A stretch of 64,000 nucleotides of DNA from a virus. This document shows positions 42,775 to 52,000 of the stretch, in pieces. Every line of letters starts with the position of its first letter. Position 1 is the first letter of the stretch. The stretch lies in the IMG/VR virus record IMGVR_UViG_3300013102_000030, positions 1-64,000 of that record; one strand, given 5' to 3'. The translations under genes were made by a program, and so were the position numbers. The notes beneath the pieces are model-generated. The model was not told the origin of the DNA. It made no database searches and was given only the letters and a program-made list of their open reading frames with translations.

Positions 42775-44763
42775 GTGGATTCCATCCGTGAAAATCTTGA
42801 TCGTCTAGCCGATCTTAGCCCGGAAGAACTACAGGCTCTACAGGAATCGATTGCAACCGAGTTCGGTACGCTTTCTGATTCCGTTGGAGACAGCCCGACT
42901 CGTGACGCTGTTGACGCTATGAACGAACTCGCTGATGCCAACGACGTTGTCGCCGGAGAGCAGGCTCGTAGAGTAGCAGAGGCAGAAGAACTGGCAACTG
43001 CCGCAGAAGCTGCCATCTCCCGTTTCAAGGGGGATGAAGGTGCCACTGAAGAAGAGGCTCCCGTTGAGGAACTAGCCGCAGAGGGAACACCAGAAGAGGA
43101 AAAGAAGGAAACTCCTGAAGAGGAGAAGTCCGAACCAGCCCCTGCTGAAGGAACCCCTGAGGAAGAGACTGAAGAGTCTCCTGAAGAGGCAGACGCAGAA
43201 AAGAAGAAGAAGGATCTGGAGAAGTTCTCAGAGACTGAAATCGAAGAAGCGTCCGAACCTGTAGTTGAAGCTGTAGCTGAGTTCTCAGCATCAGAACCAG
43301 TTGAAGCACCAGTTGCTGAAGCTGTCGCTGAAGAGCCAGTCGAGTCTGAAGCCGCTATCGAAGAAGCTCCGGAGGCTGAAAGCGCCACCGAAACCCCCAT
43401 TGAAACAGTAGCAGAAGTTGCTACAGAAGATTCTACCACAGAAAGTTCGGAGGAACCTGTGACTGCCTCTAACACACCAAATGAGCTTGCATTCGAAGCT
43501 CCAGCAGAACTACGTCCTGCATCTCTCAAGGTCTCTGCTCCGGTAACCATTACCGCTGGTGCTGACCTTCAGGGTATCACAGCAGGTGCTGAACTGTCCA
43601 GCCTCAAGGAAGTTGCTCAGGCGCTTCTTTCCCGTAAGCACGGCATGGGCCGCACTTCCGGTGGCGACGGCGAACAGCACACTGTTGCTACCTTCTCCAC
43701 GTCCTTCCCTGACAACCGTATGCTCTTCAGCAATGACGTTGAGGGTAACCGCGCAAAGATCAACGCTGTTGTTTCTCCTGAAGCAATCGTTGCTGCCGGT
43801 GGTCTTACCGCTCCGGTTGAGACTTCTTGGGACATCTTTGAGCTTGGCGAGACCTCTGTCCGCCCCGTCAAGGACGCTCTTGCGGTCTTCGGTGCTGATC
43901 GTGGTGGCCTTCGCTTCATGACCCCACCGCTGCTCTCTGACCTTGAGGGCGCTGTCTCCGTATGGACCATGCAGGATGACATCGACGCTGCCTCCCCAGA
44001 CGGCCCGAACCCTGTCAAGCCATGCCTCCGTGTTGCAGCCGGTACTGAAGTTACCGTCTACACCGACGCTATTCCGCTCTGCCTTACCTTCGGTAACCTA
44101 GGCGCTCGCGCTTACCCTGAGCTTGTCCAGCGTCACACCGAGCTTGGAATGGTTCAGCACGCACGTTTCGCTGAGATCCGCCTGCTTACCCGCATTGGTG
44201 CTCTCTCCACCCCAGTTACCGCTGACGCTGAACTTGGCGCTGCTCGTGACATCTTCGTCCAGCTTGAGCAGGCTGCTACAGCTTACCGCTCACGCTACCG
44301 CCTTGATCCTAAGGTTCCGCTCCGCGTACTCTTCCCTGAGTGGTTCAAGAACGCGCTCCGCGCTGACCTGACCAAGCAGCTTCCGGGTGACGGACGCGAC
44401 GGTACCTTCAACCTGGGCGAAGCCGAGATCAACAAGTGGTTCGCTACTCGTAACATCAACGTTTCATGGTTCATCGATGGCGAAACAGGCCAGATCTTCG
44501 GTGAGCAGGCTCCGGGTGCACTTCTCGGATTCCCCAAGGAACTGATCTGGTACCTCTTCTCTGAGGGCACCTTCGTATTCCTTGAAGGCGGTGTGCTTGA
44601 CCTCGGACTCGTCCGTGACTCAACACTCAACGGCACCAACGATTACAAAATCTTCCTTGAGACTTTTGAAGGCGTTGCAAAGGTCGGTGTAGAGTCCCTA
44701 CGCGTTACCTCCAAGCTCGCAATCAAGGGTTCTAGCTCCGGCACCACAGCGGTCGCAGGCTAG
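42775..44763 (+). CDS. major capsid protein with N-terminal acidic scaffold domain
   Basis: Glu/Ala-rich N-terminal about 230 aa; AAGG..AP.E..WD; RGGLRF; KPC; GNL..RAYPEL; LDLG.VRDSTLN.TNDY..F.E.FEG. Confidence 0.9.
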   Translation: MDSIRENLDRLADLSPEELQALQESIATEFGTLSDSVGDSPTRDAVDAMNELADANDVVAGEQARRVAEAEELATAAEAAISRFKGDEGATEEEAPVEELAAEGTPEEEKKETPEEEKSEPAPAEGTPEEETEESPEEADAEKKKKDLEKFSETEIEEASEPVVEAVAEFSASEPVEAPVAEAVAEEPVESEAAIEEAPEAESATETPIETVAEVATEDSTTESSEEPVTASNTPNELAFEAPAELRPASLKVSAPVTITAGADLQGITAGAELSSLKEVAQALLSRKHGMGRTSGGDGEQHTVATFSTSFPDNRMLFSNDVEGNRAKINAVVSPEAIVAAGGLTAPVETSWDIFELGETSVRPVKDALAVFGADRGGLRFMTPPLLSDLEGAVSVWTMQDDIDAASPDGPNPVKPCLRVAAGTEVTVYTDAIPLCLTFGNLGARAYPELVQRHTELGMVQHARFAEIRLLTRIGALSTPVTADAELGAARDIFVQLEQAATAYRSRYRLDPKVPLRVLFPEWFKNALRADLTKQLPGDGRDGTFNLGEAEINKWFATRNINVSWFIDGETGQIFGEQAPGALLGFPKELIWYLFSEGTFVFLEGGVLDLGLVRDSTLNGTNDYKIFLETFEGVAKVGVESLRVTSKLAIKGSSSGTTAVAG

Positions 44764-44818
44764 TCAAAATCATATCAGTAAAAGTAGCTGGACTCAGAAT
44801 TAATCAGTAAGGAATCAC

Positions 44819-45688
44819 ATGGCACGCAGTAACACAACCCTAGTCCCCACAGCGGGACTTGAGGTCGCCCCCTTCGGTATTCTGAGTCCAGCTACCACTA
44901 CGTACAACGAAAGTGAAAGCTTCTGGACTTCAGGGATCACCTATGAAGCGGCAGATGCTGGTGTAGTGGTAAAGAACGGTTCCATCTTCGGAATCGGCTC
45001 TGCCACTGACGTAACTGTTATTGATAACACGGACGACAAAGAGCACTTCAAGATCTACTTCCCGTTTGACATTCAGGCATCCGTCAAGGTTTCCACTATG
45101 GGAACCAACCCGGATGATGTTGAGGCAAGCGCGAAGAATGCTCTTGACATCGTGACTCAGAAGGCCATTGAGGCGGAATTCTGGGACGGCGGGATCGCAA
45201 GTTCTCTAACATCTGACAATAATAACAGATGGCTTGCTTCGGCACAATCTGTAGATGTCACCCCAACTCCGGGAACCGGTGTGAAGGTTCAGTATGGTCT
45301 GGCTCTTCTGGAGCAGGCCATTGCAAACGCATCCATCGGATTCCAAGGAGTCATCCACGCTCCTAGAGATGTCGCATCAGCGCTCCGTCTGGAGGCTGAC
45401 GGCAAGACCCTCAGGACCAGCCTTGGCACTCCCGTAGTGGCCGGTGTCGGATACTCAAAGAAGGGTCCGAACGGTCAACCAGCAGCGGCAGGCAAGGCAT
45501 GGATGTATGCCACAGGCCCTGTATCAGTCCGCCTCGGACCAACAACAGTTACCCCACAGAAGCTCAATCAGGCAGTGAACATTCGTATCAATGAGATCGA
45601 ATACTACGCTGACCGTCCCGCAGCAGTTACTTGGGCTACCACTGACTCGTACGCAGTACTCATTGATCTAACACTAGATTACGCATAA
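44819..45688 (+). CDS. putative minor capsid/decoration protein
   Basis: follows MCP; G.IHAP, T.LGTPVVAG.GY, W.YATGPV. Confidence 0.55.
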   Translation: MARSNTTLVPTAGLEVAPFGILSPATTTYNESESFWTSGITYEAADAGVVVKNGSIFGIGSATDVTVIDNTDDKEHFKIYFPFDIQASVKVSTMGTNPDDVEASAKNALDIVTQKAIEAEFWDGGIASSLTSDNNNRWLASAQSVDVTPTPGTGVKVQYGLALLEQAIANASIGFQGVIHAPRDVASALRLEADGKTLRTSLGTPVVAGVGYSKKGPNGQPAAAGKAWMYATGPVSVRLGPTTVTPQKLNQAVNIRINEIEYYADRPAAVTWATTDSYAVLIDLTLDYA

Positions 45689-45702
45689 TTAGGAGATAAA
45701 CC

Positions 45703-46344
45703 ATGGCTCAAGACAACGCTTCCGCAGTAGCGGGTGTGGCGATCCGTCTAACAAGACTGGATGCAGCCGGAGCACCCGTAGTCGGAGCAAGCGCATCATA
45801 CGTTACCAAGAAGTTCGTCTCTCTTGGTTTCACCCCAGAATACGAGACTGGTGAAGAGTTTACCACCAAGGCAGCAGACGGGTCAACCTGTGCTACTTGG
45901 CGCTCCCCAGATACTCTCAAGCGTGTTACACTGAGCATTGCTCTCTGTGACCCCGATCCCGAGTTCACCGAAATGATTGCCGGTGGTACTCTACTCTCCG
46001 CAGGCGGAAAGTCTGTCGGTTGGAAGGCCCCACTTGTTGGTGTCGATGCTACACCTAACGGTGTTGGTATTGAAGTTTGGGCTATTGCGAACATCGGTGG
46101 CCGTCAGGCTGCTGTGAACCCATACTGGCAGTTCGTCTTCCCATACGCACAGATGCACATGGCTGGAGAGCGTGCAATCCAGAACGACCTTATGGCTACA
46201 AGCTTTGAAGGTTGGGCTGTTGGAAACGCCAACTTCGGAGACGGCCCTGCCGCTCCACTGTGGCCGTTCGCCTCTGACGCTCCAGTTGCTTACGCACGTA
46301 CCACTTCCATCCCTGCGGGAACTGGCTACCAAGCTGTAACGTAA
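45703..46344 (+). CDS. major tail protein
   Basis: G..IR.TRLD..G; E.GEE...K.ADG..C; LC.PDP; .EVW; synteny. Confidence 0.8.
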   Translation: MAQDNASAVAGVAIRLTRLDAAGAPVVGASASYVTKKFVSLGFTPEYETGEEFTTKAADGSTCATWRSPDTLKRVTLSIALCDPDPEFTEMIAGGTLLSAGGKSVGWKAPLVGVDATPNGVGIEVWAIANIGGRQAAVNPYWQFVFPYAQMHMAGERAIQNDLMATSFEGWAVGNANFGDGPAAPLWPFASDAPVAYARTTSIPAGTGYQAVT

Positions 46345-46362
46345 GTTACAACCACATAAATA

Positions 46363-46403
46363 CCACTGGCTGGTCTCTTCGTTGAGGCCAGCCAGTCGTG
46401 TTT
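46363..46403 (+). terminator. Intrinsic terminator
   Basis: ACTGGCTGGTCTC..GAGGCCAGCCAGT. Confidence 0.75.
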
Positions 46404-46446
46404 GTAGCCTATGATATAATTGGAAGAAGCGAACATTGGAGACTAA

Positions 46447-47133
46447 ATGACTAACCTTTGGATTAGTGCATCCGAAACTATAGACCCTGCGGGTCCATAC
46501 TCACAGTCTGCCGTTGAATTTGCCAGCTTGATTCTGTTCAAACTCTCTGCTGAAAAATACACCGGGATTCATACCACCACTGAGGTCTACTCCTCAGATG
46601 CTGGGTTGTCAGTTGCAGTCACTCCCGCTCTGGTTGGCGGCAACATCTACAACCTCCCGAGATCCTATGACGGAGTCCGTAACCTAAGGCTACGGCACAG
46701 CCCTGTCCGATCCATCCAGAGTGTCGAATATATGGGAGCACTTCTTGATCCCAGTGAGTACAGCCTACGGAACAACGCCTATATCGTACGGAAGCAGTCC
46801 CTTCCTTGGGTACTGGATTCCCTCACCGAACTGTCCATCACATACACCTACGGAACTCCTCCTCCTTCAGCAGGGAAACGCGCAGCACTGAGGCTCGCCA
46901 ATGAATTCATCCTAGCTGATATGGGATCTCCTGAGTGTGCCCTTCCTGAGCGTGTCTCATCTGTCTCCCGTCAGGGTGTACAGGTGAACTTTGACACCAG
47001 TGACTTTCTTCAGAACGGAAAGGTCGGCATCTATGAAGTTGACCTTTTCCTTGCCGCAGTAAATCCTAACAAGGCCAAAAAGAGGCCCAAAGTCTTCTCG
47101 GTAGACAGACCGAGAGGAGAAAGAGTAAACTAA
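46447..47133 (+). CDS. head-to-tail adaptor
   Basis: TY.YG..PP..G..AA..LA.E; C.LP.RVSSVSRQGV; G..EVD.F...VNP. Confidence 0.8.
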   Translation: MTNLWISASETIDPAGPYSQSAVEFASLILFKLSAEKYTGIHTTTEVYSSDAGLSVAVTPALVGGNIYNLPRSYDGVRNLRLRHSPVRSIQSVEYMGALLDPSEYSLRNNAYIVRKQSLPWVLDSLTELSITYTYGTPPPSAGKRAALRLANEFILADMGSPECALPERVSSVSRQGVQVNFDTSDFLQNGKVGIYEVDLFLAAVNPNKAKKRPKVFSVDRPRGERVN

Positions 47134-47402
47134 TGAGCGATATCGATCCTTATGCACCAGTGTACCCCGTAACCGAATACGCCAAGGAATTCAAGAAGGA
47201 AGAGGCGGAAGCCCCTGCTCCTAAGGTTGAAGCCCCTGCTGAGCCAGAAGTACAGGAACTACAGGTTCCCGATAGCTCAGCCAAGGATGTCCTTGCATGG
47301 GTTGGCGAAGATGTAGACCGCGCCAAGGCTGCTCTTTCTCATGAAGAAGACAACCAGAAGCGCTCCACACTCATCACCAAGCTCAACGCCATCATCGACT
47401 AA
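47133..47402 (+). CDS. small virion-module protein
   Basis: VL.WVG.D..RA..AL..E....RSTL. Confidence 0.7.
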   Translation: MSDIDPYAPVYPVTEYAKEFKKEEAEAPAPKVEAPAEPEVQELQVPDSSAKDVLAWVGEDVDRAKAALSHEEDNQKRSTLITKLNAIID

Positions 47403-47420
47403 TAACAATCTGAGGAAGCT

Positions 47421-47972
47421 ATGATCAATCCTTTGGAATTCGTAGAAATAGCTGACCTCCTCATGGATACCATCGTTTCCACATATGCAGATCACGGGGT
47501 ACCGCTTCCAACGAAGCGGTACCTCGCTGTTGGTGGTATCGGTGAAACTGCCCACAACTGTGAGCAGGTAACCGTTTCCTTTGAGCAGGGCTATTCCGGC
47601 CTCCCCGGAAATCAGGCACAAGAGCCTGCAAAATGCAATACCCCGAGAAGCGCCGTATTCATCGTTGAAGTTGTTCGGCACGTTCCGACCATCAACTCCA
47701 ATGCTACCATCCCGGAGACCCTGACACCAAGCCGTTACCCCATCGTGAACGCTAAGGTTGCACTGGTTCCGGATGACAAGCAGTCGGATGTCGCACGAAC
47801 GCAGATGAAAGACGCAATGCTCCTGCTGGATGCTGGCATGAGAGCCGCTGACAACCAGCTAGGAGGCGCTATGGTGGACGTAAGTGCCGGAAGCCTATCC
47901 GGAGACTACCAAGCCATGATTCTGTCCGTTACAGCCACTGCTGTGACCAATACGGTTGAGTTTGGTCTGTAA
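47421..47972 (+). CDS. putative tail terminator
   Basis: synteny; size. Confidence 0.55.
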   Translation: MINPLEFVEIADLLMDTIVSTYADHGVPLPTKRYLAVGGIGETAHNCEQVTVSFEQGYSGLPGNQAQEPAKCNTPRSAVFIVEVVRHVPTINSNATIPETLTPSRYPIVNAKVALVPDDKQSDVARTQMKDAMLLLDAGMRAADNQLGGAMVDVSAGSLSGDYQAMILSVTATAVTNTVEFGL

Positions 47973-48352
47973 TGAAATGGGTAATGGATCATGCAGCATA
48001 CGAGCGGATGGTCAACCATCCCGATGAAATGGTGGGACGCTATCTTACCATCGTTGCTGCCAAGCTCAAGATCCTTGCCAAAGCGCAGGCCGGATACAAA
48101 ACCGGAGCGCTACGCAACTCCATCAACTACCGCGTGGTAAATAGCGGTGGTGGATTGGTTGCTTTCGTGGGATCTGACAACCGAGTTGCCTTCATGCATC
48201 ATGAGGGAACGCGCCCCCACATCATTGCCGCGAGACGTGCCCAAACATTGAGGTTTTATTCTCGTGGTAGAATAGTGTATGCAAAAGTTGTGCGTCATCC
48301 CGGTACAAGACCTAACAAGTACCTGACGGATAACCTACGAAAAGTCATCTGA
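47972..48352 (+). CDS. neck/tail completion protein (HK97 gp10-like)
   Basis: TG.LR.SI; H.EGTRPH.I; V.HPGT.PN.YL. Confidence 0.7.
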   Translation: MKWVMDHAAYERMVNHPDEMVGRYLTIVAAKLKILAKAQAGYKTGALRNSINYRVVNSGGGLVAFVGSDNRVAFMHHEGTRPHIIAARRAQTLRFYSRGRIVYAKVVRHPGTRPNKYLTDNLRKVI

Positions 48353-48384
48353 CGCAATACGAAATAACGACACAGGAGCCACAC

Positions 48385-48732
48385 ATGGCCGCTTCACGCA
48401 AAATCAAGTCCTTCGCCGCCCCAGTTGCCGAAACTGAGGAAACCGTTGTAGAACCCATTGAGTTCGACGTAGCCGGAGAGACTGTTGAGGCACTGGGAGA
48501 AGTTCCCGGAGCCGTACTCCTTGACTTTATCGCCAATTCTGGCAGCGATAGCTCCTCCGATACTGCTAGCGCAATCAACACTTACCTCAAGGACTCCTTT
48601 GATGAGGAAAACGGTAAGAAGTTCCAGAAGATCATTCGTGACCCCAAGAACAAGGTCAAGATTGAGCACCTTTCTGAAATCGTAGCACACCTTGTGGAGG
48701 AACGCGCCTCGCGCCCTACGGCAGCGTCCTAG
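48385..48732 (+). CDS. tail assembly chaperone (G-type)
   Basis: position before tape measure; ends SRPTAAS. Confidence 0.75.
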   Translation: MAASRKIKSFAAPVAETEETVVEPIEFDVAGETVEALGEVPGAVLLDFIANSGSDSSSDTASAINTYLKDSFDEENGKKFQKIIRDPKNKVKIEHLSEIVAHLVEERASRPTAAS

Positions 48733-49052
48733 CAGTAGGACGCGATTTTCTGAAGTGGTGGTCGTATATTGACGGCCACCACCTCCGTAAAGGGGTCGAT
48801 CTGTTGAAACTCTTCCAGACTCTGGATGAGTACAGGTCTTTCAATATCATAGACGATATCCTAGTCGAAGAGGCTATACGGGATGCGGAAGTGCACGATT
48901 CTTTGACCAAGATTCGAAAGCACCTTGACAAATCATACCTCATGGAGGCAGACGACTCACCGTATAAGGACATTGAGGGATACATTCCCGGTGTCTATGA
49001 CGAAGCAACCGACGAAGGATTTGGCGGTTGGGGAATAGCACCGATGCAGTAA
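48717..49052 (+). CDS. tail assembly chaperone extension (GT-type), probably via -1 frameshift
   Basis: -1 frame open from 48678 to 49052; no SD at TTG48804. Confidence 0.6.
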   Translation, partial: YGSVLAVGRDFLKWWSYIDGHHLRKGVDLLKLFQTLDEYRSFNIIDDILVEEAIRDAEVHDSLTKIRKHLDKSYLMEADDSPYKDIEGYIPGVYDEATDEGFGGWGIAPMQ

Positions 49053-49066
49053 ACTAGGAGACCGCT

Positions 49067-52000
49067 TTGGCAATCATTGGATCAGCTTATGTTGATATCC
49101 GCGCTCTAGATCGTAATCTACAGCGCGACATTGACGACGCAATGAAGAAGGTCAAAGACCCGATCATTGAAATCAAGGCCGAAGTTGACCTAGAACCTGT
49201 CCGCAGAAAGATTGCGGAACTGCGTGCTGAACTCAAGAAAAATCCTCTCAAGGTAGCAGTTGAAGTTGACGACTCACACGTTGTTGACAAGCTCGCGGAA
49301 GCTCACCAGCTTTACGAGGACAACCCGCTTCACTCGGTAGCAACTGCCGATACATCCCAGATGCACACCGCCCTGCAAGCCGTCCGTGAGACGTACAGGG
49401 AGATGCCCTCAACCGTTACTGCCAATGCTAACACAGCTAGGGCTGAGGCGCAACTCTCTGTACTCTCACGACGCAGGCGAGTCAGCATCATTCCGGATAT
49501 CGAGATCCCGGAAGACTTTCAGCAAGCCTTCAGAGGCATCGGATACTCCATCATGGGTGCCATCCCTGCTGACAAGGTCAGGGCCTCTATTACTGGCATC
49601 CTAGCCAACTTTGAATCACTCCTGCTCACAGGTGCCAAGGTTGCAACGATGTTCGGCTCTATTGCCGCGTCCGCCCTCACAGCCAGTGCCAACGTTCTCA
49701 CAGTCGGAGCCGACGTTACTAAGGTCGTCGGACTCCTCTCTGTTGCGCCTGCTGTCATGTCCGCTTTCGGTGTGGGTGTGGCCTCTATGGTTATGGGGTG
49801 GAAGGACTTTGCAGGGGCACTTGATGAGGACCCCAAGAAGGCTTCCAAGGCACTTGCCAAGCTTCCGAAAGAAGCACAGGCTGCTGCACTGTCTCTGAAG
49901 GGCCTAGGATCAGAACTCCGTAAGTCCTCACAGGCTGAGTTCTGGAAGACTATGGGAACGTCCATTCAGGACTTCATGAAGCCTGCCTTTGACAGGATCA
50001 AGGAAGGATTCCAAGGATCTTCCCGTGAGTCAGCCAAGTTTGTAACAGGCGCTCTCAAGTCTTTCCAAGAATTTGCGGAAAAGGGTAACCTTGATGTAGT
50101 GTTCGGTAACATCAACAAGGGCCTCGCTGCTGCCTCCGGCGCTGCAAAGCCATTCTTTGATGCCCTAGGAACTATCACCCTTGTTGGCTCCAAGCACCTT
50201 GAGCGCTACGGGACCAACCTCACTAACCTTGCCACCAAGTTCGATGCTTGGGCCACCCGTGTCTCCCAGAGTGGAGAGATGAACACGTGGATCACTCAGG
50301 CCGAAGCGAACATGAAGAACCTGTGGTCTATCACCACATCTGCCGTTGATGTCTTTGAGGGTCTTTCGCACGCTGCCGCAAAGGCAGGAGGCAAGAGCCT
50401 AGCTGACCTCAACAACGGCATGAAGAACTTCGCCGGTCTAATCAACTCTGAGCCGTTCCAGACTAAGCTGGTGACGGTCCTTGAGGGTGCCCGTGCTGGT
50501 ACACAAGCTCTCAGTGAAGGCTTCAAGGACATCAAGGATGTCGTCAGCAAGGGTTCTGTAGCTCTCTCCGGATTCCTACACCTTGCAGGACAGGTTGGCG
50601 GTAAGCTCTCCTCCAACATTGCTGCAATGTTTGATGGAACGGACTTGGGCGCAGGTATCATCAATGCCATGGCTGGCGCTCGCAAGGCCATGGAAGACAT
50701 GAAGCCTGCCTTCAAGGACGTTGGAAAGATCATCGGTGATATCGGTGATATCGCTGGTGTTCTGTTTGTCAACATGGCTCCGGGCTTTGTCAAGCTTACC
50801 TCTACTCTACAGCAGGTAATTGAAGCGCTCAAGGATGGCATCATGGATGTCATCCCGGTCTTCAACATCTTCATTCAGAACATCCTTGAAGTTATCGCTC
50901 CAATTGTTGTCGGAGTCGCTAAGGCTGTCGGTGGACTTCTGGAAGGCTTCGCTGCCTTGCCAGAGGTTCTACGCAATGTTATCATGGGCTTTGGTCTTTT
51001 CCTAGCCGTCCTGAAGTTCCTTGACCGTCCGCTGAAGAACTCGGTCAGCCCTCTTCAGAAGATGAAGGACGGGATTACTAACCTTCGTGACTCACTGTCT
51101 CAGAAGTGGAACACAAATCCGTCACTAGGCGCTGTCAGGACAGCTTTCTCCGGACTCGCCGGATCAGCGTCTGTGGCTGTCGGTGCTGTAGGCAACGCCT
51201 TCAGGCAGATGGCTTGGATGACTCAGCACACTGCTGCTGCCATCGGTGAAGGATTCAAGAAGTCCTTCAGCCAGCTTGGCGATCAGATGAAGAAACTCGC
51301 GGCTCCTGCCAAGGAGTTCGCTTCCATGATGCGTGCTGCCATGGGAGAAGCGCTCTTCCCTCAGGAAGTCCGTGATGGCTTCCGTCAGGTCGGCTCAAAG
51401 CTCATGGAAGTTGCCCGTATCTACACGGGATACTTCACCGCTGCCAAGGACAAGATTGCTGCCATCGGCAAGTCCATTGCCTCTGTCTTCCCTGCAAGCC
51501 TCCTAGGACCGGCTCTCAAGGCCCTTCCGGGAGAAGTAGCTAAGACTCTTGCCTACGCTGGTCAGAAGGTCGCTGACGGCATTGCAAACGTTGCCAAGAC
51601 CATTGCTGGTCCTGCTGTTGGCTACGCTATGCAGAAGATGAAGGATGTCATCTCCACTCAGGCTCTTTACGCTTCCAAGCACCTTGAGAGCATTGGAAAT
51701 GGTATTGGAGCGGCTGTAAACGCCATCAAGGCTGCTCCAGCGGCAATTGCTTCTGCTGTCGGAAGCATGGCTGCAAAAGCCGGTGCTGCGTTCAACACCA
51801 TCCGTGAAGGAATGGCTAAGGCATTCAACGCTGGTGTGCTTGCTGCTGCTGTTCACCCGCTGACTGCTCCGTTCGTAACAATGGCAGATGCTGCACTGAC
51901 AGGTGCAAAGACTGCCCTTGGACACGTCCAGAACATGGCTAAGAACATCGGTTCCGCCATCAACACCATGACGGTACCTGCTCGTGCTGCGTTCTCCAGC

